IMG/VR virus record: IMGVR_UViG_3300031787_007614
Location: 1 to 64,000 of that record
DNA: 64,000 nucleotides
Direction: 5' to 3' (one strand)
This document shows, piece by piece, positions 1 through 5,773 of the stretch. The first letter of the stretch is position 1. The number at the start of each line of letters is the position of its first letter. The notes beneath the pieces were generated by a model. It saw only the letters and a program-made list of their open reading frames with translations, ran no database searches and was not told where the DNA came from. The position numbers were made by a program, and so were the translations under genes.

Positions 1-3
1 TTC

Positions 4-153
4 TATAGTCAAGCACCGAGAGATGCTCAATTTATGCGTCCTCCGCTAAGAGTGCAATAGCCGATAGCAGTTATATTAGGATCCGTTCCCGGCCGGTTGG
101 ACCCGAATAGCGTAAGCGTCCTTACACGATACCTTTATCGGTGCTTGACTATA
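4..153 (-). ncRNA. Unassigned structured RNA (A) closed by a 16-bp stem
   Basis: TATAGTCAAGCACCGA (4-19) is the perfect inverted repeat of 138-153. Internal hairpins (GTAAG/CTTAC, GGGTCC/GGATCC) and G-U pairs mostly favour the minus strand. No ORF; lies in the tRNA operon. Confidence 0.6.
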
Positions 154-183
154 AAAACTAAAAGTTCGGATTTGAAAATCAAA

Positions 184-325
184 TCCTCCCACTGCTAACT
201 ACTGCTTCCCAATTTATCGTCCATCGGCACCCGTGGTAGGGCTTGCGATGCTCATCGGCCCTGAGTTCTGGCTCAGGTGATCCTTGGGATAGGACTGCTG
301 GGCCTTGTCCTGCCCAGCATCAGGA
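184..325 (-). ncRNA. Unassigned structured RNA (B) with H-type pseudoknot
   Basis: Minus strand TGCTGGGC/GCCCAGCA stem whose loop AGGAC can pair with the following GTCCT; further hairpins CCTGAG/CTCAGG and CGATG/CATCG; GC-rich. Confidence 0.55.
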
Positions 326-331
326 AAATTA

Positions 332-530
332 GTTGCTCTGCATCCCCCGGCGGTAATTGTAGTGCATCATCTCTTGGGTTGCCCCGCAATTCTCACACAC
401 CTTCCACCCGCTTCCCGACAGGGACCGCTATCGTGTTGCTAACGGCCTTTCGGTAAGAAGACTACCACCCTTGAGAGTCACCTCACTTCTTATCCTGCGG
501 GTCACAGTATCCGCTAACCAAGCGGAACGT
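332..530 (-). ncRNA. Unassigned structured RNA (C), about 200 nt
   Basis: Minus-strand stems CCGCT/AGCGG, TAAGAAG/CTTCTTA enclosing TGAG/CTCA, and CGGT/ACCG; GC-rich, within the tRNA operon. Confidence 0.5.
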
Positions 531-535
531 CGGGG

Positions 536-595
536 AGAAGCCACGGTTGCAGGACCTAGTGCTCTTGCGAGGAAGTGTCCAGGCGATGTGGCTTC
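536..595 (-). ncRNA. Small bulged hairpin RNA (D)
   Basis: GAAGCCAC/GTGGCTTC outer stem, GCCTGG/CTAGGT middle stem, CTC-GCAA-GAG GNRA tetraloop. Confidence 0.45.
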
Positions 596-600
596 AAACT

Positions 601-693
601 TGAGGCATCATGTGGGATTCGAACCCACGCAAGAAAACCTTGATGATCATTCAAGGTTGAAGCAAACCACACTCCGTTACATCCTATGACGCC
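601..693 (-). ncRNA. Non-canonical tRNA-like RNA 1
   Basis: 8-bp acceptor GGCGTCAT/ATGATGCC, T-arm GTGGG-TTCGAAT-CCCAC, 8-bp hairpin with loop ATGATCA, no clear D-stem, ends TCA. Confidence 0.6.
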
Positions 694-700
694 ATAAACT

Positions 701-791
701 TGGTGGACAACAATGGGAATCTAACCCACTTCTTCCTCGTATGCTATTACGAAGTTTCATACCAGCCTCAGGTAATTGACACATCATGTCC
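701..791 (-). ncRNA. Non-canonical tRNA-like RNA 2
   Basis: GGACA.../...TGTCC acceptor ending ACCA, T-arm GTGGG-TTAGATT-CCCAT, hairpin CTTCGTA/TACGAGG, no canonical D or anticodon arm. Confidence 0.6.
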
Positions 792-798
792 ATAAACT

Positions 799-873
799 TG
801 GCGGTCCCAGGGGGTAACGATCCCCCTCCTCAGCAGTGACAGTGCTGTGTGCGTCCATGAACACCTTGAGACC
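799..873 (-). tRNA. tRNA-Asp(GTC)
   Basis: Full cloverleaf, anticodon loop CT-GTC-AC, G73 and encoded CCA; atypical T-loop ATCGTTA. Confidence 0.9.
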
Positions 874-879
874 AAATTA

Positions 880-1075
880 GGATAAGCTACTGGGTTCCAC
901 GCCAGCCCTTAATTGAGCAGTTACTCTGTCCATCTCATTTATTCAAAGTCTGTGTGCAGTGAGATTCTGCCTATCAGAGTCTGTAAGGGTAGTCTCCATC
1001 CTTACGCTTACGGTCTTCTGCCACCGGATCTCTATCGCTAATCAAACGCTACTTTAACGAAAGTAGTAACGGGAT
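880..1075 (-). ncRNA. Unassigned multi-hairpin RNA (G), about 195 nt
   Basis: Between tRNA-Glu and tRNA-Asp; stems CTACTTT/AAAGTAG, CGGT/ACCG, GTAAGG/CCTTAC, AGACTCTG/CAGAATCT, CTGG/CCAG; no ORF. Confidence 0.55.
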
Positions 1076-1076
1076 T

Positions 1077-1151
1077 TGGTAGAGCGTAGGGGAATCGAAC
1101 CCCTCTTACAGGCGTGAAAGGCTTGTGTCCTAACCGATAGACGAACGCTCC
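1077..1151 (-). tRNA. tRNA-Glu(TTC)
   Basis: Cloverleaf, anticodon loop CT-TTC-AC, T-loop TTCGATT, CCA end. Confidence 0.93.
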
Positions 1152-1157
1152 ATAGTT

Positions 1158-1392
1158 CACTATATGAAAACACATTAGGGAAGTTCTTGACACGCATCAC
1201 CAACTTGCATCAAGACCTCATTACAGGCCCAGTAGTTCCGCCGCCTTCCTGGAGTTTGGTGTAGCCTTATCCCTCACGCTCGATGGTGTCTCGCGCTACT
1301 CTTAGGCCCTCCTGCTTCATGGGTATCCGGCTCGAATCAGCCTTTGTTCACCCCTAACGGACTAGGTAACCCTAATGTGTTTACATATAGTG
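1158..1392 (-). ncRNA. Unassigned structured RNA (H) closed by a 23-bp stem
   Basis: 1158-1180 and 1370-1392 are inverted repeats with one mismatch; GC-rich interior with TCTTGA/TCAAGA and GTAGC/GCTAC stems. Confidence 0.6.
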
Positions 1393-1486
1393 CCCAGAAC
1401 TTAATCTGGGGCACTATACAAAATTAAATTTTTAACGAACTTCAAAGTAGTTTCGATCAACTGCCTTTGTTTTCTAACTAGTCTCT

Positions 1487-1515
1487 AGTATAGCATCTCC
1501 TGCTTTACTGGTCAA
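1487..1515 (-). promoter_or_regulatory. sigma70 promoter, RNA operon (proximal)
   Basis: TTGACC-17-TATACT with extended TG. Confidence 0.75.
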
Positions 1516-1584
1516 CTTGTTTTGTAAATGCCCCGCCTTGTTGCAGGGTCTTTACAAACTTCGCTGTTTTTCTAACTTGTGTCT

Positions 1585-1613
1585 AGTATAGCACCAATCC
1601 AATTATTGGTCTA
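1585..1613 (-). promoter_or_regulatory. sigma70 promoter, RNA operon (distal)
   Basis: TAGACC-17-TATACT with extended TG; downstream sequence duplicated relative to the proximal promoter. Confidence 0.7.
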
Positions 1614-1620
1614 CTGCCAT

Positions 1621-1650
1621 AAAAAAACCCGCCTACTTGGCGGGTTTTTT
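1621..1650. terminator. Rho-independent terminator after porin (bidirectional)
   Basis: A7-CCCGCC-loop-GGCGGG-T6. Confidence 0.85.
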
Positions 1651-1669
1651 GGTTTGTACTACTTCTGTT

Positions 1670-2560
1670 TTAGAACTGTACGACCAACCCGCCTGCTACT
1701 TGTTTGACATCAGTGGCTGCTGAGGTTCCCTCAACTGTACGATACAAAACTTGTGCATAGGTCTTTTTGCTGAAAGCATACTCAGCACCTACGTTGTAAC
1801 TCTTGATGCCATTTTCAATGCGACCATAGCTGGCCTTCACTGTGACTGGTCCACCAAGTTTGTGTGCCACGCCGACCAACTGAGCACGGTTGGTGTTGGC
1901 AGCAACGCCTTTGTTGTCGCTTGCGCTGGCAAACACAGTGGTTGCACCAAATTTAGCACGAGCAGCCAACACGTCACTGGTTTCTGCGCCAGCTTCGTAA
2001 CGAGCATAAGTCAACACAGCAGGTCCAACTGCGGCAATCACGGATGCGGCATAAGGATCAGCGGCAGTGCCAACAGCACCAGTGCTACGATCAAAGTTAG
2101 CAGAGACATTGCCAAAGTTCACAGAAGTGAAAGCGGCATTGCTCAAACGCAAACCACGCAGGTTATGCACGTCGGCAGCTGAGCTACCAATCAATGTGCC
2201 AAATGGATCATTGTCGCTGATGGCCAAGAAGTGAGTGTGAACATTGCGACCAAGATCAACGCTACCCATTTTGTGAGCAATACCCACGGTGCTTTGGCGA
2301 TCGCCAAGTCTAGTGTCAGTACCAGTGTCTGGGCTGTTGGCTTGGATGCCGGTCTCGTATGTGGCACGAGCTGTTAATCCGCCACCTAAGTTTTCAGTAG
2401 CACGAATGCCAAAGTGACTCAAGTCATTGGCCATGCCTTGCACGGTGGAAGCACCAGTTTTGGTGTTGTCAAGGTAAGTGCCAACACGACCATAGATACC
2501 AACTTGTGCGCTTGCAACACCAGCAACTGCCAGGGTCAACGCAATTAGAACTTTCTTCAT
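1670..2560 (-). CDS. Gram-negative general porin (Betaproteobacteria-type)
   Basis: Signal peptide, N-terminal V.IYGRV, S.FGIR..E.LGGGL, Y.FSKKT, C-terminal Phe. Confidence 0.9.
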   Translation of the reverse strand: MKKVLIALTLAVAGVASAQVGIYGRVGTYLDNTKTGASTVQGMANDLSHFGIRATENLGGGLTARATYETGIQANSPDTGTDTRLGDRQSTVGIAHKMGSVDLGRNVHTHFLAISDNDPFGTLIGSSAADVHNLRGLRLSNAAFTSVNFGNVSANFDRSTGAVGTAADPYAASVIAAVGPAVLTYARYEAGAETSDVLAARAKFGATTVFASASDNKGVAANTNRAQLVGVAHKLGGPVTVKASYGRIENGIKSYNVGAEYAFSKKTYAQVLYRTVEGTSAATDVKQVAGGLVVQF

Positions 2561-2608
2561 AAGTAATTTTTCCTTGTTAATGAAATGATCAAATGTCGAT
2601 CATAGAGT

Positions 2609-2638
2609 ATTATATAGCACAAACACTGAGAATGTCAA
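2609..2638 (-). promoter_or_regulatory. sigma70 promoter of porin
   Basis: TTGACA with downstream TATAAT-like box. Confidence 0.6.
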
Positions 2639-2640
2639 AG

Positions 2641-2666
2641 AAAATGGCTACTTTCGCAGCCATTTT
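2641..2666 (-). terminator. Terminator after tmRNA
   Basis: AAAATGGCT-GCGAAAGT-AGCCATTTT. Confidence 0.75.
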
Positions 2667-2826
2667 GGTGGTTTCTGTTACGAGGTATTTCCTACCCTAG
2701 ACGACCTTAAGCGGCCATCAAGAATTTTTCATCATTTGCAGATAAAAGTTTTGCTTGATTTACGGTCATCGCCTACCGTGCTGTCCACTCTGTTACTCTT
2801 TGCCCTGTCGAATCTAGGTCAGGCCC
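2666..2826 (-). ncRNA. ssrA: tmRNA, two-piece: piece with 5' acceptor strand and tag ORF ANDEKFLMAA* (2707-2739)
   Basis: Starts GGGCCTGA-CCTAGATTCGAC; tag reading frame ends in AA-stop. Confidence 0.92.
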
Positions 2827-2839
2827 ATCATAAAGAAAC

Positions 2840-2917
2840 TTAATCTACGCTTAATGTTGTTAACAACAAGCATAATATTGGAAAAACAATTAATAAAAAT
2901 TTTGCTAAATTTTCCAT
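2840..2917 (-). CDS. 25-aa hydrophobic micropeptide in tmRNA intervening segment
   Basis: MENLAKFLLIVFPILCLLLTTLSVD*; start is 1 nt after the upstream micro-ORF stop. Confidence 0.45.
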   Translation of the reverse strand: MENLAKFLLIVFPILCLLLTTLSVD

Positions 2918-2918
2918 A

Positions 2919-3029
2919 TTACCATAACTCACAGTTTTTTATTTTCTCTTCGTCCAATGTGGTATCACGTGTAAAATAAAATACACCAAACACTAACCAA
3001 AATAACAAAAATAAAACATAACCTATCAT
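2919..3029 (-). CDS. 36-aa single-TM micropeptide in tmRNA intervening segment
   Basis: MIGYVLFLLFWLVFGVFYFTRDTTLDEEKIKNCELW*; RBS AAGGAAG just upstream. Confidence 0.55.
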   Translation of the reverse strand: MIGYVLFLLFWLVFGVFYFTRDTTLDEEKIKNCELW

Positions 3030-3041
3030 TAAACTTCCTTA

Positions 3042-3108
3042 TGGTGGACCTGGGGGGATTCGCACCCCCGTCCAGAACACTTTTCTCTCGGCTTCATACA
3101 GCAATAAC
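3042..3108 (-). ncRNA. ssrA: tmRNA, two-piece: piece with T-arm and ACCA end (transcribed first)
   Basis: GGAC-GGGGG-TGCGAAT-CCCCC-CAGGTCC-ACCA; pairs with GGGCCTG giving the G3-U70 Ala identity. Confidence 0.92.
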
Positions 3109-3112
3109 TCGC

Positions 3113-3141
3113 AGTATATATTTATTCTTTGGGCTTGTCAA
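3113..3141 (-). promoter_or_regulatory. sigma70 promoter of tmRNA
   Basis: TTGACA-17-TATACT. Confidence 0.8.
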
Positions 3142-3283
3142 CTGCTTTGGAGATGATGTCATACACTTGTGCGTATGCATCAGTAATTTTGTCTAGTTGT
3201 TGTTCCGACACCAAGTCTGTGTCCTCCAGACTGACCAAGTCTCGGGCTAGATTTTCTTGTAGTTTTTTTATGGGATTGAGCAC
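3122..3283 (-). CDS. Hypothetical protein, 53 aa (GTG start)
   Basis: Manual translation VLNPIKKLQENLARDL...; ATAAATA motif upstream. Confidence 0.5.
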   Translation of the reverse strand: MLNPIKKLQENLARDLVSLEDTDLVSEQQLDKITDAYAQVYDIISKAVDKPKE

Positions 3284-3291
3284 ATACCTAT

Positions 3292-3825
3292 TTATTCATC
3301 CCCGCTATCTACTGGGATCCAGCCCAACTTAAAAAAGTCTTCCTGGATTTCTTCTGTGACATGTCCTTCGGGTACATATCTTTTAACACCGTCAGCATCA
3401 CCATTGCCCAGTCCATCGCCTATGCCCGAACAGTACCAATCAATATAGTCACCTTGTTCACGCATGTCGGCAACAATACCCCCGGCATAGCGCCACGAAC
3501 AACTGTAGGTCTCTCCCTTTAGCAAAGGCCATACTTCGTTGCGTTGCCAGTCTTGATTGCACAAGGCTGCGTAGATGTTTTGAGCGTAGGTATCGCTGGC
3601 CTTGGCTTTGTCGCAAACCCACTTGGTGCTACGCAAATCATATTCAAGATTGTTTTCTCGCCACCGTTCGTCGGCTTCGCGTTGAGCCTGATGTTCGTTG
3701 ATCATGCGTTCAAGATCTAAAGCTCGTTGAACATCTTCGTCAGTGGCAGGATCTCCTCCTTCCGCAATGACATCTTCAATTCTGCATTGACTGTGAAAGG
3801 TTCCGCGAGTAGGACTTTTGTTCAT
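3292..3825 (-). CDS. Hypothetical phage protein
   Basis: Start moved to MNKSP to avoid overlap with tRNA-Leu. Confidence 0.75.
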   Translation of the reverse strand: MNKSPTRGTFHSQCRIEDVIAEGGDPATDEDVQRALDLERMINEHQAQREADERWRENNLEYDLRSTKWVCDKAKASDTYAQNIYAALCNQDWQRNEVWPLLKGETYSCSWRYAGGIVADMREQGDYIDWYCSGIGDGLGNGDADGVKRYVPEGHVTEEIQEDFFKLGWIPVDSGDE

Positions 3826-3831
3826 AATGTT

Positions 3832-3917
3832 TGGTACCAGAGACGGGACTCGAACCCGTATGCCCTTGCAAGCGGCAGATTTTAAGTCTGCTGTGTATAC
3901 CATTCCACCACTCTGGC
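3832..3917 (-). tRNA. tRNA-Leu(TAA)
   Basis: Long variable arm, anticodon loop CT-TAA-AA, ACCA. Confidence 0.95.
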
Positions 3918-3935
3918 TTTGCGTTATTTAATACA

Positions 3936-4010
3936 TGGTCCGGCGTAGAGGAATCGAACCTCTATAATGACTTTAGAAGAATCATGTCCTATCCGTTGAA
4001 CGAACGCCAG
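3936..4010 (-). tRNA. tRNA-Arg(TCT)
   Basis: Cloverleaf, anticodon loop CT-TCT-AA, CCA. Confidence 0.93.
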
Positions 4011-4015
4011 ATGTT

Positions 4016-4090
4016 TGGTGGGCCAACTTGGAATTGAACCAAGACTCGACCGATTATGAGTCGGTTGCTTTACCATTAAGCTATTGGCCC
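4016..4090 (-). tRNA. tRNA-CAT (probably Ile2, otherwise elongator Met)
   Basis: Cloverleaf, loop CT-CAT-AA; G1-C72 paired so not initiator. Confidence 0.9.
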
Positions 4091-4098
4091 TGTGCTAC

Positions 4099-4127
4099 AT
4101 TGTAGCAGGAAAACTATTTAGTGTCAA
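4099..4127 (-). promoter_or_regulatory. sigma70 promoter for the tRNA trio
   Basis: TTGACA-17-TACAAT with extended TG. Confidence 0.75.
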
Positions 4128-4494
4128 CTGTTCCGTCGGCCAGGTGGTCATGTTTGATTTCTTTTACAGGATGCCCTAAAATGCTGGCAACAGAATTTTT
4201 GTAAGCAATACGTTTGTTGTTATGATCTCTAATGGCAATGGCTCGGCGACCAATCTCCTGAAGGCTCAACATTTGCTCCACGCCTGATTTGAGCTGCCAT
4301 TCTAGATCCCAGATAGCATGATGGATGTCGGTCATTGCTTGAATGTCCTCATCTAGTTCTGCGCTTTGTGGTAGTTGTCGAAACTTGTCCTCGTACCAAT
4401 CAAGTTCAACTTGGTTGGCGCCTTTGGTTCGTGCATGTTTTACTCTGGCAATGCAGAGTCGATCAATTAGTTCTAATACTGGAAGAAATTCCAT
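4114..4494 (-). CDS. Hypothetical helical phage protein (DUF6165-like)
   Basis: ELIDRL.I..VK ... IWDLE ... N.KR pattern; own promoter TTGACA-17-TATAAT at 4524-4552. Confidence 0.65.
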   Translation of the reverse strand: MEFLPVLELIDRLCIARVKHARTKGANQVELDWYEDKFRQLPQSAELDEDIQAMTDIHHAIWDLEWQLKSGVEQMLSLQEIGRRAIAIRDHNNKRIAYKNSVASILGHPVKEIKHDHLADGTVDTK

Positions 4495-4548
4495 AGCATA
4501 CCCTTTCTATTTTGTATAGAATTATTATACAAAAATGCTAAGTGTTTG

Positions 4549-5313
4549 TCAACGGTCTTTGTCAGTTCTTACCAATTGAATTAAGCGGTATCCAGGATCA
4601 AATTCCCACCATTTTTTGCCAAACTGTGGATCTGCGGCAGCGGCGTGATGATTGTTGTGCCAGCCCTCTCCACCAGTCAAATATCCTACCAGCAGGTTAT
4701 TTGAACTTTGATCACGTGTGTCAAAATTTCTATATCCTGATGGACTGTGAGTGAGAGAGTTGGTCAGTGAACTGGCATGTTGCAACAATAGTGACGGAAC
4801 CAAATAAGCATACACTACTGCATAAGGATCTATCATGTAAACTGCCACCCCGACCAAGATAGTGTACAACCAATGATTGTAGTACATGTGCATGTGAAAT
4901 TTGGATTTCACAATCTCTGGAGCATAACTTAATTTTGGAGTAGCAGGTGTGAGTCTAAATTGCACGGCTAGATAACCGTATACCGCAGGTGAGTGCGGAT
5001 CATCTTTTGTGTCAGAGTGTCTATGATGCGCTCGATGTATTGCTACCCAATACAACATTGGTAAAGTTGTGCCAGGAATAGCAATCAATGTTCCTAGATA
5101 TTCAAACCATTTTGGTGCTTGAAAAGAACGATGGGTGATCAGCCGATGAACTGTTACAGTTCCGACTACCATCTTGATATAGTAGACCAACAGACATATT
5201 GCCCACTGCCATGCTTCACTGTTGAAGATAAAGTAGACCAGGATCACATGTAGACAGGCACTGTATGCAATCATTTCGTTGTGCGAAGGCACAAACCAGT
5301 TTTTCTTTTTCAT
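4549..5313 (-). CDS. Membrane fatty-acid (delta-9-type) desaturase
   Basis: Three His boxes HRLITH, HRAHH, WHNNHH; TM segments; WWEFD. Confidence 0.92.
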   Translation of the reverse strand: MKKKNWFVPSHNEMIAYSACLHVILVYFIFNSEAWQWAICLLVYYIKMVVGTVTVHRLITHRSFQAPKWFEYLGTLIAIPGTTLPMLYWVAIHRAHHRHSDTKDDPHSPAVYGYLAVQFRLTPATPKLSYAPEIVKSKFHMHMYYNHWLYTILVGVAVYMIDPYAVVYAYLVPSLLLQHASSLTNSLTHSPSGYRNFDTRDQSSNNLLVGYLTGGEGWHNNHHAAAADPQFGKKWWEFDPGYRLIQLVRTDKDR

Positions 5314-5321
5314 GCAGATAC

Positions 5322-5480
5322 TTATGCATCTACTTGCAGTAGGTCAGCCTCTTGATCCATTTCCATTTCGGTAATCAGCAGGTCAGCAAATTGCTGACAG
5401 AAGATAGCAAACCAAAGTTGGTCCATCGCTTCTTCGGGTGCGCCAGCGGCCCGCACCAGGCGTTCAAGTTCAGTATTCAT
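5322..5480 (-). CDS. Hypothetical protein, 52 aa
   Basis: MNTELERLVRAAG...QFADLLI, resembles the 7204/7798 paralog family. Confidence 0.55.
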   Translation of the reverse strand: MNTELERLVRAAGAPEEAMDQLWFAIFCQQFADLLITEMEMDQEADLLQVDA

Positions 5481-5773
5481 AGCCTGGAATCATAAGTGAA
5501 GGCAGCAAGATATCGCATGCTGGCACGGCTGGGAATGTGCTGATTACAGAACCGTTGGTATGCCGCACGCCAACGCTTTTGGACAGGTGCTGGCGCATGG
5601 CAAGCAAGATAATGCAAGTGGCCAAATCTGCGCCCAATGCTGATGTGATTGGGCTTCCAGCCTGCAGGATACCATTTGTCGCGAGTTTGCCAATTGTAGT
5701 TTACCCAGACACCCATTCGGCGTTCTTGCATGATATACTTTTTAGATATATCTTGTGGTCTAAATCGGTTCAT
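5477..5773 (-). CDS. Hypothetical protein
   Basis: ATGA overlaps with neighbours. Confidence 0.6.
   Translation of the reverse strand: MNRFRPQDISKKYIMQERRMGVWVNYNWQTRDKWYPAGWKPNHISIGRRFGHLHYLACHAPAPVQKRWRAAYQRFCNQHIPSRASMRYLAAFTYDSRL

Noticed and set aside
530-600. HDV-like theta ribozyme 3' of a tRNA
   Set aside because: Folds as a simple rod; nested double pseudoknot not found by eye.
471-689. 72-aa plus-strand ORF
   Set aside because: Antisense to structured RNAs and a tRNA-like gene; TTG start without a clear RBS.
601-693. tRNA-Sec (8/5 fold)
   Set aside because: No TCA anticodon centred in a proper arm, no long D-stem, no G73-CCA.
4-1392. MITEs suggested by terminal inverted repeats
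   Set aside because: The two elements share no sequence, no target duplications or transposase were seen, and the context is an RNA operon.
3826-4037. N-terminal extension of 3292-3903 and ORF 3831-4037
   Set aside because: Both overlap tRNA genes.
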